From the NCBI GenBank assembly GCA_000004985.1, contig GG738855.1: a stretch of DNA of 64,000 nucleotides; one strand, given 5' to 3'. Below are positions 1 to 13,700 of this stretch, piece after piece. Position numbers and translations under genes: made by a program. The notes under the pieces were generated by a model. That model did not search any database and had not been told where the DNA came from. It saw nothing but the letters and a program-made list of their open reading frames with translations. The number at the start of each line of letters is the position of its first letter. The first letter of the stretch is position 1. The DNA is from Naegleria gruberi (lineage: Eukaryota).

Positions 1-3000
1 ATTAGAGTTGTTACACCAAAGAGTGGCACAGAATATAAAACAGATGGAAAATATGCCAATAGTAATGATGAACAAAAAGTTAAAAGTAATTACCTTATTG
101 CTGTAGGAACAGACTATAACCTCTCTTCTCTGACAAGATCAGAAAATGGTGATGGTGATAAAACCAGTAATGAAGAGTTTGTAGTTAGTCAATCCCTTCA
201 AAAAGAAGCAATTCTTCAAGAAGAAGTTAAAATCAAAGTCTTTGAATGGAAAGGTGCCTTTAAAAATTCTGATTTATTGAGTATTCCAAAATCAGAAATA
301 ATTCTACCAAAATATGATAAGGAGGATAAGATCATTAATTCTATTGATCAATTCGAGGTTACTACTGATTTGAAATATCTTGCAATTCCACGAGGAAAAT
401 ATGTCTACTTGTATAATGATGTTGGAAAAAGAAATACTACAAATAATCAAACTGGAGGTGTTGTTAGTTCAACTAAATCTACATCATCTACAAGTTTTTT
501 CAACTTTGGTTCTTCCAATGATAAGAGAGCACCAACAATTCAAGCCTTACCTTCGAATAGTTCTATCAATTCTCTTGGTTTCCTTTCAAATCAAGATAAA
601 CAAGGAAATTGGGTATTGTATGCAACAGATAAGAATGATGTTTACAGATGGGATTTGGCTCGTTCTTTGGGAAGTGGATTTGTGAAAATACCACTCTCAA
701 GTTCAACTCTTGTTTCGTCTGCCAATCAAAATAATACTAATCAAGATGGTACTGTTGTAAATTTTGTTGGTAATTCTGATCCAATTGAATACGGTTGCAC
801 TTGTACTTCAACACCTTTCTTTGCTTCATCATTTTTAGAACATCAAGATGCCAAGTACAATTCACACAGTAGAGGATTGCATAACCAAAATATGCTCTAT
901 GATACAACTATTGGCAAGTATCACTCTGCCTTTATTGTACTCAAGGGTGACGAAATTCATGCCTTCAAATACAACCATAATCCAAATGTACCAATTACCT
1001 CCAATTCTGACAATGCAGCAAACACCAATGACAAGATTGTAAAACTCCCTCCATCCCATGCATCTCACCACAACCAAAGTATTGTACGTCGTAAATTATT
1101 TTGGTATCAAAATTATTTAGGTATGGCTCGTGTAGAGAATAATACACCTTCAAGCGTATATGGTTCTGTTAACAGTAAGAAAGGAAATGTTGTTCTCAAT
1201 ATGTATGATCTCAATAATACATACATTACTTATGATTTCAGAACTCAAAATCTCCACATGGCTAACAATATGTCAACTCAAAACGGTTCAGCTCCTCAAG
1301 GTAATAATGCTGTTTCTACAATTGAAAGAAATAGGAAATATCAATTTATTGACATTGTTCCAGTTTTTCAACAAGGAGTAGATACAGGAACAATATTTTT
1401 AATTGTCAAGAGAGAAGGTCCAATGGGAAAGGAGGCAGGTAGTGAAAATTTCATTTACCAACTCAAAGAAAAGCCACCTCAAAGCAAATTAGAACTTCTC
1501 ATCAAAAAATACCAATATCGTTATGCAATTGAATTGGCTAAAACCATTCAACAATTGGATTATGATGCTTTCAACTCTGAAACTCGTCGTAAATATGGTG
1601 ATTATTTATTCTCTCAGGGAAGATATCAACAAGCTGTTCGTCAGTACATGCAAACAATACCTCTCGTTGAACCATCCTATGTCATTAGAAAGTTCCTTGA
1701 TTCTCAGAAAAATGCATTCCTCATCCAATATCTTTTAAAACTTCACTTGGAACGTAAAAACAATAGAGATCACACTACTTTATTGTTGAACTGTTTCATG
1801 AGATTAGACGATCATAGTGAAGAACAAATTCAACTCATGACAAATCCTTCTGGTATTGGAGCCAATCTTGCTTCTAGGGATAGTAAGGATATTATGGGTA
1901 TGGATATGTTAATGGATGACGATGATGACGCACAAGATGATACTGGAATGGAAGAAGAGGAAGTAGAAGCTCAATTAATGGCTAAATTTATGGAACTTGT
2001 TGATGGAAGAGACAAATCAAAGATATTTGAAGAATTTATTCATCCAAAGAATGCAAAACTCTTGAATTATGATGTTGAGACAGCAATCAAAGTTTTGAGA
2101 GAAAATGGTTTTAGAGATGAAGCATTAAAACTTGCCGAAAGTACAGCTCCACTTTTCAACAATAATCCAGAAAAGCAAAGAATTCTTAACGACTGGATCA
2201 TACGTATCTATATTGAAGATTTTGGTAAATGGAATGAAAATCCAAAAATGCCAGAATACAAACTCAACTTTAAAAAGGCTCTTCGTCACATAGAATCTCT
2301 AAGCCTTGATCAAAGCAAAGAGTTCATGAGAAGATATGGTAAAAAACTGGTTGCAAACCTCCCTGAAAGATCTACTAATTTATTAATTAGAATGTGTATT
2401 AATTATAGACCAATTCCTGCTAAAAAGCAAGTGAATGGATTGATTCCACAAATGACAGAAGTTGCAGACAATATTGATGACAAGAGAAGAATTTTCTTGA
2501 CACAATCAGCTTGTGACGAATTACATTTAACTGATAATGATCTTTTGTCTGTTGCTGTAAATAGAATGAATGATGCCTCGACATTTGATCAAGCACCTGA
2601 GGATTATATTTTCTGCTATGCTGCTGATAAAGACCACAATCAAAACCAATATTGGTTAATGGTTTTCCTTGAAGTTGTCACCAGTTACCACAAGGATAGT
2701 CTTCATTTTAACATGGATAAGGTTGTGTATAATACCCTTCTAGAGTTGTATCTTCAATTTTGGTCAAAAGAAAATTCTGTGAATACAACTTCAAAGGTAA
2801 TTAATAATGAGGAAAATGCTGATGAAGGATTCAGTATTACAAATGGACAATATTATGATTATAAGGGAGAAGGTTTAGGTGTTAATAGTCCTACCGAAAA
2901 TATTTATATACCTCGTGTAGATGAAAGTAACGACTTTTACAAAGTCTATCCAGTTCACTCAACTGATATTAGTACATCTTATAGAGGAAAAATAATGGAC

Positions 3001-3897
3001 ATTTTACAACAAAGATCATATGGTGATGATTCAAAACCAAAATATGATCGTGAACATGCCCTAGTTTTGGTTCAATCCTCTAAATTTAGAGAAGGTATTC
3101 TCTATCTGTATCAAGTTTTGGGATTACATTACGATATTATTCAATACCATATGGATAAAGATGGTGTGGATCCAGATAGAAAATTCCAAGATATTTTATC
3201 AAGATGTAGAGAAAAGGAGTGTAGAGATGATAGAAATGTTTGGATACAAGCTTTGTCTTTCTATGCTAAGGGTCCTGGAAGTGAGGAACCAAATGCTGAA
3301 AAGTATCTTACATCTCTACTAGATGAAATTAAGGATAACGACGTAATTCCTCCACTCATGGTTGTTGACATTCTTTGTCAAAATGGTAAAATCAAACTCT
3401 CCACTATCAAGCAATATCTCCAAATCAAACTTAAATCTGAACAAGAAAGTATCAAAGATCAAACAACAACCATCAAGGAATTACAAAAAGAAACTCAAAA
3501 ACTCAGTTATGAAGTTGAAGAATTGAGAACAAGTGCTAAAATTTTCCAACTTACTCAATGCTCTTTCTGTAATTCTCAACTTGATTTACCAGCTGTTCAC
3601 TTTATGTGTATGCACAGTTATCACCAACGTTGTTTGGAGAAGGATGAATGTCCAAAATGTGCAGAAAAGAACAAGTCTCACCTCAATGAAATGGAAGTTC
3701 TCAAACGTGCCAAAGAATCAGGAGGAAGATACAATCCTGGCTCTTTAAGTAAGCAAGAACAACGTGATAACTTCTTCAAGAGACTCGCTACTAATGGTTT
3801 TAGTGTTGTAGCAAGAGAGTTTGGTATGGGAACTATTGGCTCCAGTATTGCCGGACACGAATTGAATCCTTACGATGATTATGATGACAAATTGTAA
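1..3897 (+). CDS. Vps11-like class C Vps (HOPS/CORVET) subunit with C-terminal RING-H2 finger. 5' end lies outside the window: the frame is open from base 1.
   Basis: Uninterrupted frame from 1 to the stop at 3895-3897 (ORF track 277..3897, plus 92 in-frame codons upstream with no stop). C-terminal motif CSFCNSQLDLPAVHFMCMHSYHQRCL....CPKC is a Vps11-type RING-H2, preceded by a coiled coil. The long N-terminal region is consistent with a beta-propeller/alpha-solenoid. No introns. Confidence 0.65.
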   Translation: MRVVTPKSGTEYKTDGKYANSNDEQKVKSNYLIAVGTDYNLSSLTRSENGDGDKTSNEEFVVSQSLQKEAILQEEVKIKVFEWKGAFKNSDLLSIPKSEIILPKYDKEDKIINSIDQFEVTTDLKYLAIPRGKYVYLYNDVGKRNTTNNQTGGVVSSTKSTSSTSFFNFGSSNDKRAPTIQALPSNSSINSLGFLSNQDKQGNWVLYATDKNDVYRWDLARSLGSGFVKIPLSSSTLVSSANQNNTNQDGTVVNFVGNSDPIEYGCTCTSTPFFASSFLEHQDAKYNSHSRGLHNQNMLYDTTIGKYHSAFIVLKGDEIHAFKYNHNPNVPITSNSDNAANTNDKIVKLPPSHASHHNQSIVRRKLFWYQNYLGMARVENNTPSSVYGSVNSKKGNVVLNMYDLNNTYITYDFRTQNLHMANNMSTQNGSAPQGNNAVSTIERNRKYQFIDIVPVFQQGVDTGTIFLIVKREGPMGKEAGSENFIYQLKEKPPQSKLELLIKKYQYRYAIELAKTIQQLDYDAFNSETRRKYGDYLFSQGRYQQAVRQYMQTIPLVEPSYVIRKFLDSQKNAFLIQYLLKLHLERKNNRDHTTLLLNCFMRLDDHSEEQIQLMTNPSGIGANLASRDSKDIMGMDMLMDDDDDAQDDTGMEEEEVEAQLMAKFMELVDGRDKSKIFEEFIHPKNAKLLNYDVETAIKVLRENGFRDEALKLAESTAPLFNNNPEKQRILNDWIIRIYIEDFGKWNENPKMPEYKLNFKKALRHIESLSLDQSKEFMRRYGKKLVANLPERSTNLLIRMCINYRPIPAKKQVNGLIPQMTEVADNIDDKRRIFLTQSACDELHLTDNDLLSVAVNRMNDASTFDQAPEDYIFCYAADKDHNQNQYWLMVFLEVVTSYHKDSLHFNMDKVVYNTLLELYLQFWSKENSVNTTSKVINNEENADEGFSITNGQYYDYKGEGLGVNSPTENIYIPRVDESNDFYKVYPVHSTDISTSYRGKIMDILQQRSYGDDSKPKYDREHALVLVQSSKFREGILYLYQVLGLHYDIIQYHMDKDGVDPDRKFQDILSRCREKECRDDRNVWIQALSFYAKGPGSEEPNAEKYLTSLLDEIKDNDVIPPLMVVDILCQNGKIKLSTIKQYLQIKLKSEQESIKDQTTTIKELQKETQKLSYEVEELRTSAKIFQLTQCSFCNSQLDLPAVHFMCMHSYHQRCLEKDECPKCAEKNKSHLNEMEVLKRAKESGGRYNPGSLSKQEQRDNFFKRLATNGFSVVAREFGMGTIGSSIAGHELNPYDDYDDKL

Positions 3898-4006
3898 ACA
3901 AAAACCCTAACTGTCCATAAAATCGTCACACAAATTATCATACGTGTTTTCAGCTTCTCTACATTAAAAATAAATTAAATAAATCCAATTCAAAATTAAA
4001 AAAAAT

Positions 4007-4684
4007 ATGTTCTCTTGGTCTAATCGTTTGAGTAGCATCATCACCGATGCAATTTCGATATTAGGATTGATGGCCATTTGTTACGGAGCCTCATCATACT
4101 TTTTGGCAACAAAACCAAGTGATATGGATATTAGTGTAAAAGTGAAACAATTACTTAAATTGTAAGTGATGAGGATTGATCATCGGAAATATTTAAATTA
4201 TTTATTATGCAGCAACCGATTAGATTATGTTCGTAATTATAGCCCAGATAGAGCTGCTTTCGTATTTGATTTTGATTCAAATTTGACACCACTTTTCCAT
4301 TGGAATGTTAAAGTACTTCATGTAATGCTCTATGCAGAATATAAAACAGATTCCAATGAATTAAATCAGGTAATTTTATGGGATGATATTTTGGAAAGAA
4401 AATACCTTTTGGAAGGAAGACAATCAGCTCATTTAAGATATGGTTTTTTGAATGGAAAATATACATTGATTGATTATGGAAATGAATTAAGAGACAAGAC
4501 TATCACTTTGAAATTGAGGTGGAATGTTGTGCCATATGTTGGACTTCTTTATGATCAAGAAGATGTTGTTGGACAATACTTACTTCCAAAACAATATAAG
4601 AGAAGTGGTCCAGAAAGAGCCAAAGTTGTCTATGATGAAACCTACGATGAGGAATTGATTCGATCTCATTTCAGTCAACAATAA
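4007..4684 (+). CDS. Signal peptidase complex subunit 3 (SPCS3/SPC22-23). Two exons, approximately 4007..4161 and 4213..4684.
   Basis: ATG at 4007 encodes an N-terminal signal-anchor (MFSWSNRLSSIITDAISILGLMAICYG). GTAAGT donor at 4162, acceptor ..tatgcag at 4212. The second exon (ORF 4166..4684 frame) contains LFHWNVKVLHVMLYAEYKTDSNELNQVILWDDIL, matching the conserved SPCS3 core (..FDWNVKQLFLYLSAEY...NQVVLWDKI..). Confidence 0.7.
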
Positions 4685-4718
4685 GACTATGTACTATTGA
4701 ATAAAAAATGTATTTATT

Positions 4719-7700
4719 TTACATGACAATAGCAAACAAGGATAAAAGTAAAGTAATGACATGTGAAACACCAATCTTAGAACTTGCACCTATTACTGTA
4801 CTCTTGATTGGGTCAACTGTTGTTTCAGAAGTAACAATATAGGTACCAGTGCTAGAGACTGAAGCTGTGATTGTACCATCACTATTGGTGTTAACAGTAC
4901 AACCTGAAGTAGTTGAATAGGTGTTTGTTGTTGGATTAAGAACCTTACACTTGTAAGTTGTTCCCAAAGTGCTTCTCTTCTTGATAGTTCCAAATACTAA
5001 ATTGGCAATAGAATTACTATCAGAAACAGAGATTGCACTACTATCAACCAATTTGAAGTCAATAGCCTTTGTAACTGTATTATTGACATCTACTACATCC
5101 ATAATCTTGGCAACTACGCTTACAGTCTTGAGAGCTGCAATTTGGCTCAATTGAGCAAATTTGGAAGACAACTTGATCATATTGTTCCCAAGAATCTTTT
5201 CAGAGAGTGAGTTCAAGGTAGCAACGTTTACCTTACGAGTAAGAGTTGTAACTCCACCAGCATTAACAATTGTAGAAGGCAAGTCAGCTACAGTATCCTT
5301 GACTGATAATGAGGCCAAAGAATCATAAACAGAGTTAATATTAGTCAAGTCAACCTTACTAAAAACCCTCTTTCTTTGGATATTCTTTTGAATAACATCC
5401 AGGAACTTGTCAGCAGACTTTCTAACATTCTCAATCATTTCAGCACTGATACTAATTCCGTTCGTATAAACAGAAGAGGCAGTAGAAGAGAGTTTTTCAA
5501 CAACCTTCGAAGTAGTACTATCCGGTACAACTCCAGAAGCAACGGAGGCACTGAATGAAGATGTGAAAGAGAAACCATTTTCAGCAGAAGTCTTTGAAAC
5601 AGATGTAATACTTTCAGTCTTGGTTTGTTGTTCTAGGAATGAATTGGCAATTGCAGCAGCAGCTTGCTTGATTGAATCAATTTGTTCAGAGTTGAGCTTT
5701 GAAATATCAACACTACTGATGACTGACATGGCTGATGAGGCTGCTGACAAGGTAACTGTACCCTTTGATGAAGCAATTGAAGATAAGGCAGAAACAGATT
5801 CTTCAGCAGTTGGTTTGGTAATTGTTACATCAAATGTTGAATATGAAGATGCTCCCAAAGAATCATATACAATTGCCTTAACAGTCAAAACATTACCAGA
5901 AGTTGGTTGAGGAAGAAGAATACTTGTTGATGGTTCTTCAGTTCTGTCAGTCAAAGCATTCCACTTACTATTGGTCTTATCATAATACATGAATTGATAG
6001 GTTAATGGGGTTTGAGGATCTGACCAACCATTACCACATTTGAGATCGAAAATATCACTCAATGCTTTACCACTTGTTGGATAAACATCAAATTGACCTT
6101 GAGTTGGAGGAGAATTAACAGTGAATGAAACCTTAGCTGAACCTTCCTTTACACCATCAGTTACTTTCAATGAGACAGTGTAGGAATCACCAGGAGAAAG
6201 CAAACTTGATGGAATTTTCAAATAACTCAAAGTAGTTGTAGCATTAGAGTCAAGAGCAAAGTTTTCAGCTGTCCAAACAAATGATGGATTTGACAACAAT
6301 ACACCCCAAGTTGTGTAGGTCAAGAATAAATCCTTTGATGGATCAACAACGCTCAAATCAACATTGGAAGTAATAGAAACCTTGAGAAGAGAATCTTTAG
6401 CTTGATCAAGAAGAGTAACATACAAGTAGCGAGTGGCCTTTCTTGATCCCTTAGATACAGTTGCAGTGAACATATAGGAACCAGAAGAGAACTTATCACT
6501 GGTGAATGTTTCAACAGAACCTGGTTGAATGGAGCAATCTTTACCATTAGTCAAATCATAACAGGTGGTATTAATGACTTGGGAATCGGTGGTTCCACTA
6601 GGGTCAACAACCTTAACAGTGAAAGAAATTGGGTCATGAACAGATTGGACAATATCATCAATAGAGAAGGAAAGAGACAATGGTTGGGCAATAGCTGTAA
6701 CTTTGAAAGATATTGAGACTGCATCAGCTCCATTAGCAGTTGCCTTGACAATAAAGTAATAATCACCTTCTTGATTGATTTCTGTGAATGTCTTTCCTAA
6801 AACCAATAAACCATTCTTTACAACAGGTACTACAGCAGCCTTTGAAAGAGAACTGTCTAATGAGTATTCATATTGAACACCACCATTGCCTCCATAACAA
6901 ACTGGATATTTGATAATTGGTGTAATGGTAGATACTGAACCAATCATGAATTTACTTTCAGAACCTTGTTTAATGGTAACTGAAGGAACAGCACTAGTAA
7001 TTAAAGAGAACGCAAATGTCTTGCTGTCTGATTTTCCAAACTTACTGGTGACAGTAACTTGAACAACATAAGTACCAGTTGACAAACCAAGTCCGCTAAA
7101 TTTGATTCTCAAACCACCTCTAACTTCAGCCTTAATGAGATTTGAAAGAGTTTCCATATCTGTAGTGGTTGGACCTGACTTAACTGACCAAGTAAAGTTC
7201 AATGGACGACGATCCAATGAAACTGAACCATAAGCATTTAAGAATAAATCATCACAAGATGAAACAACATTCTTATCACCAATAAGTGAGGAAGTCGGTG
7301 TGGAAGCAATAAAGGAACCACTCAAAACTTCAACATTAATAGTTTCCTTACTTCCTGGATATTTGAATGCCTTAAGAGTGTTACCGTCAACCAAATCAGC
7401 ATTTGGTCCTAAAATAACTTCCAATGAACTCTTTTCAGAGCTAAACAGACACTTGGATTGATCACCAAATTTAGAAACATCTTGGAATACTTGATTACAT
7501 GGAAGTGGTCTCTTGAGGGTTGAGTAAACAGTTGCTGTAAGTTTGTCACCATTGGCATTGAATTTAAGGGAGGTATTATCGAATTTGTAATCACAATCAT
7601 CACCTTCAAATCCATTAATGCATTTACCAGGAGCACACTTGGCAAATGGATCAGCATTAACATTCTTACATTCACAAGATCCATCACTCTTACAAGATCC

Positions 7701-10700
7701 TCCATTACAAGTTTGTGGACTACAAGAAATTGAACAATTACCACCAACCCATCCATCAATACACTTATCACAGAAATTACCAGCATATTTATCAAAACAA
7801 GCACACTTTAAACCTTGACATTTACCTTTTCCACCACATGTACCTACATCTGTACAAACTTGTTCTTGGCAACTTGTTCCCTTAAATGCTGGACTACAAC
7901 TTGAACAATCTTGAGCTCCGTTCCAAGCAGTTTCACAGGCACATGAGTTTGCAGAAATACACTTACCGTGTCCGCCACATACTTGAGCACTAGCTCTATC
8001 AATACCAAAACATGAGTATAATTGACAAGAAGAGCCACTGAAACCAGATAAACATAGACAAGTGTTTGGTCCTTGGCATGATCCCTTTCCATTACATACT
8101 GATCTATCAGTAGCTGGAGTATTGAAACAAATAGGAATTTCACAATTAGCACCAGTATATCCAGCTTTACATTTCAAACAGAAGGTGCTTGGCTCAAAGT
8201 TACCTCTACATTGACAAACATCAATATCAGTACATTTACCATTAAATGAACAACCACCAGCTTGTTCGGTCTTTCCATTACAAGTTGGAGCTTCACATTG
8301 AGCACCAGCATATCCCTTACATTGGCATGTATCGGGAGAAATACATGTACCCTTTCGGTTGCAAACTTTAGAGTCAGATGAAGCTAATCCAAAGCACATT
8401 GGTAAGTTACATTGTTCACCAGTGTAACCAGCAAAACAAGTGCAAGTATTCTTATCAATACATTTTCCATTGGATGAACAAACAGAGGCATCCTTAATAC
8501 CCTTGCCGAAACAAGTTGTAGTATTTGAAACATATACACCAGGAGTACAACCTGATGTTGCGAACCTTGCACAAAAGAGTTCCTTAGTAGTGTTCAAGCT
8601 TTCAGCTTGGTCAACCAAAATTTCACAAGCATTCTTACAGAGTGCAAGTGAGGTTTGAGTGGTGTTTTGGCATGTATTGAAAATTGAATAACAACTATAT
8701 CTCTTCACTTCCTTAATACAACTTAAAGATGTACAACTGGAGAATTGTTGTAAGAGTGAGTTGGCATTACTTTTAGCCAAATTATCCCTTTCACGAACAA
8801 AGTTGTTCATTTTAGAATCAAATTCTGCCTTATTACTGAAAGAAACATTGCTTGGAGAGTATGTCATGCTATACAATGAAGGAGCAACACCAACACCAAA
8901 ACAGAAAGGACTAGTTTGAGAACTCATTGCAACAACGCATTCACCTTTAGGCATGAATGAAGAGCAGTCCGATCCTGTAAATCCTTCAGCACAAGCACAT
9001 GAGTTTGGAGCATTACATTGTCCACCATTCTTACAGGTGGTAGAACAAATTGGATCTTGGCACTGATTACCTCCATATCCTTCTTGACATTTACAAACAT
9101 TATCTGCTATACAGCTTCCTCTACCATAACAAACATTTGAACTTGTTTCTTGTAAACCAAAACAAGTATAATGCTTCTTTTCACAATTAGTTCCGTAATA
9201 GTTGATAGCACAATTGCATGCTCCATTGACACAGTTACCATTGTTACATTTAACATTTAAACATGGATCGACAACTGGTGTTGGTGTCGGAATTTCACAT
9301 TGGGAAATAGAATAGACTGCCTTTGAAACACAGTTTCGTGACATATTACAATATACACAACTGGATTCAGCTCTACAATTATCAATAGAATTGTCATAGA
9401 CATTGCAATTGACTTGTGTTGTTGGACAAACTTTTGTCTTGGCAGTACAAGTATTAGATGAGCTACACCATTGACAGGTAGAATCAGACAAACAGCTTGA
9501 CATGGCTGTCGCACTGCAAGCACCTTGAGCTGGGCATGTTGACATTTTACCTTGCAAACAGGATTGAGAAATTGGGCACCATTTACACAAATCGTCAACA
9601 CATCCACTAGCTGAGATACCACCACAATTATAGAAGAAGGTTGAGCATGATCCTTCGCCACTACTTTGCAAACTACCTGCTTGTGGATAATAGTACACTT
9701 GATTCATAGCATCAGTAACAATAAAGATATAGTTTCTACAAGTACCAGAAGAAATCTTTGAAATGGATAATCCAAATGTACCAAATTGAGATTTTGGATC
9801 ATCTCCATATGGATGCAATAATTTCATGTTATACAAAGTGCCATCCAAACTCAATTTGACAGTTGGTGCTAAACCTTTAGAGTTTTGTGTAGCATTATAG
9901 ACAGTGACCATGAATGTGATATGGGTTGTATTTAAGAAAAAGTGAGTACCAGAGCTAACAATTGATGTAATGTTTTGAGTGCCTGTGGCATAATTGACAG
10001 TCCACTTGTTTGACTTGAAACCAGAACCAACAACTCTATAGGAATTATTCATGATTGTTGATCTAGAGGTGCTAGTTTCAAACCATTTCTTAACTGTTGC
10101 TACAGCATTTGTTTCAGTATTACCGATAACTTCTCCAATTTGAGTTGAAGGTTCAGTATAATAATTTCTAACACGAGATTCCATATTATTCCATCCATTA
10201 CAGTCATTATCACTGAAACAATCATTAGTGTTCATGTCAGTGGAATGGGATCTTGCAGCTCTGTCTAATTCATAGTGTTCGTACAATGGGTCGACAGCAG
10301 ATTGACTCAAAGATGATAAACCTGTATAGGCAGTAGCAAATGTTGCAGGACTCATTCTAGCAACATTTACCAAGGTAGTAACTTGTCTTTCTTCCCAACT
10401 TGGAGTTCCATAAAATACTGAACCATACCATAAGAATGAATTGATATACATCGGATTACCATATTTTTTAAGGATACAACCAACAGTTGGAAGCCACCAA
10501 CAATCCACTGAATTTGTGTACAAACATTCACTCTTTGTGGTAGTAGCTGTGCAAGTGCTCATTCTGAAACAAGCACCAGAGGGACTTAAAGGAGCACAAT
10601 TTTGAGTATATGAACACCACTAATGTGAAGACAATTAAGATTGATTAAATAAACAAAAATACTTACTTGACACGTGTTGTCACTGGTACAAGTATCAGCG

Positions 10701-13700
10701 AATGTACCATTACATTTACCTTGAGGATTGCACTCCTTACTCTTATGTGAACAACTAAGAGATAATGGACACCAATTACATTGAGCGTCAGCCAAACAAG
10801 TAGATGCAGAACTGTATGAGCAAGCACTTTGTGGTATACACATTGTACTTGCTTGCTCACAAGTTTGTGTTGATGGGCATACCTTACATTGAGGATTTGT
10901 ACAGTTTGAAATTGAAAAACCATTACAAACTAGTGGTGCTGAACAAGGTTGATCGAGAGGCGTACAATATGACCCAGAGGAACACCAGTGACATGACAAA
11001 TCTGAATTACATGAATTCATATCGTTTGAAACACAAGAGCTTTGTTTCTTGCAAGTTGTTGAACTATATTCACAACTTTGAGTGGAATTGCACCAAACAC
11101 AAGTAGCGTCGGTTTGACAAGAATCGGCAGTAAGACCATCACATGGTGCTTGGTTTTGTGATGGTACAACAGCGTTCTCATCCAAAGTAGCATAAATGTA
11201 ACCATTGGCATTGATATCCTTAACATAAACATTGTAAGAATAGGTAACACCTTTCAATGTGGCAGAAAGTGAATAAGTTCCAACAGCAGAAACAACTGAT
11301 TTAGTTGATACATCAGAGGTGCCGTAAACTGAGCTCAAATCTCTTGGACTTGGGGAAAGATTAGAAACAGCTCCAGTAATAGTTGAGACACTTTGGAAAA
11401 CTCTGATATTTCTAACAGATACTTCACAGAGTGGAGCATAGACTTGAATGAATTGAATCTTCTTGTTGTAGGATGTGACATCTGATCCAATCGTAGAAAT
11501 TCTAATACCATTCCATGCGCCAGTCAAAACTTTACTAGTTGAGGAGGCAGCCTTACAACCTGGACACCATGAAGTAGCATTACCATAAATGATATATTGA
11601 ATACCACTAATGTATGAATTTGGAGCTAATCCAATACCAAACATGGCACATTTTCCTTGAATCATGTATTCCAATTCAATTTCGGCAGTATTAGATAAAG
11701 TCATCTTGTTGTGAATATTAAATTGGGCAACTCTGTATAAATAAACAGTTGCTAAATTGATAATAGAGTAATCTCTCCCACTAATAAGTGAAGGGTTGAA
11801 AAGTGAAATAGTTGATGCATGCATGTGAGCAGTTAAGTGAACTGCCTTTCCTGATGGGGCTGGTCTCATTACTAGTTGTATTTGATGACTCTTATCATCA
11901 ACTATAGTAATTGTAAGAACAGGGAGTGAGGTAAATAACTCTTCATAATAAGATGAATATGAACTGAAAGCGTATGGGCCAAGTGAGTCTTTAACAATTG
12001 AAACAAATGTATGGACACCAGCTAAACTGAAATTAGTGCCTGTTGTTGGAATGGTTGTTTGAAGTTGATTGGAAAAAGCTGCATTATCCTTTGAGGTTGC
12101 AATTTTCTCATTCCACATAATATACCAACCTGTATAATTACCAGTTGTACCCAAGTTAAGAGTTGCTGAAAGACTCTTTCCGCCAACAGTACTCAATGTC
12201 AAACCAGTAATTCCACAAGTTGCTTTCCAATTCCATTCTAAAGGTCTATAATTTTGACCATTACTGTTTGAAAATACAAAGAAGGCATATTGCTGACCAC
12301 TAGGTCCATAGAAAGGTTCTTGATGGTGGAGTGGAACAAAACCTTCGTCTTGGAACCAATCAGTCATATAAATAGGTGAAGAAAAGTGTACGATACTGGA
12401 GAATGGACCATTCAAAGCATATTCAAAGTTTGTGGTTAATCCGTTGCATGTTGTTAACTTTAAATCGGATGGGAATGGTACTTCGTAGTAATTCCATCCA
12501 ACCATTGGTGTGGCAATCGTGGTTGTATACATTGGATTTTCAGGAGCAGTTAAATCTTCAAATCTAATTTGAACTGAGGCAACACACTTTCCATTAGTGC
12601 AAGTACGTTTAGTCATTGTGATATATACTCTTCTAGATCCAGAGTCATCAAAAAAGGTAAATCCCAATCTCAATGGACTGAAACGATAATTATATTCCAT
12701 TTGATAAAGTGAATTAAGCATGTTTGTAGATGCACTACTATCAATTGCTCCAGTAATCATGTGAATTTCGACGGCTCCATACTTGAGCATAGATAAACCA
12801 CCGTCAATATTTCTGAATGAGACAACATAGGAGGTTCCTTGTGCAGGATCATGAGAAATCAATAAAGCCATGTTCTTTCCATAAGAACCAACTTCGTCAA
12901 ATGGGTAAATGTCATAAGTTCCAGGACTTGTAATGTTCATAATCATTGAATCATCAATATAGTTCACTAAACGCTTATGGATAAGGTTGTATTGTAAATT
13001 ACCATTACCCATAACATCATGTGGCTCATTCTGATTTACGCTGGAACAAGTATCTCCACCGTATGCTCTTGGTGTTGAGCACATTATGGAATTGGCATGT
13101 CCAAATCCAAAATTGTGACCAATCTTTTAGATATATTAATAAAAATTAGTTCAACAATAATAAACTTACTTCATGCAAAAAGACACGGTCACTAGTATAA
13201 CCACCGTTTAACCAAAATAGACCACGACTTCCACCTGATGTACCAACACCTCCCCAATTGTAAATAGTTGGGAATCTAATTTTCCATAAACACATGTCTA
13301 GTTTCAAACATAATTTTAACACTACAATAACTTACCCAATACCAAAGAAATCATAAGTATCAGCATCAATTCCATAATCACTCAATAACAAAGCCTTAGC
13401 TTCTTCCATCAACGCACTAGGACCACCTCCATCTTGTGGATACTTTGAGGATTCTTGACTCATTCTGAGAGGTCTATTTCAAAATTTAAAAGAAAAATTC
13501 AGTAAACAACATACCCTGGAATGAGAGTATAATTGACAATATTGAGCTGATTGAATGAACCAACCTTCAATGTGTTTGTTAAACTTGCAAATCGAGAATT
13601 AAGCTCATCAAATGTTGGCTTTGACACTCCTGCAACAGCAGGCTTATTGGACCAATCTAGCCAAGCAAATAACATTCTTCTATTTCCCTTATACAACGGA

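Noticed and set aside
5563-5910. Plus-strand ORFs embedded antisense in the giant minus-strand gene (also 4969..5154, 5376..5558, 6525..6716, 7618..7818, 8440..8658).
   Set aside because: They lie entirely inside a minus-strand CDS with strong domain support. Their translations are low-complexity with no motifs. Long stop-free stretches like these are expected at random.
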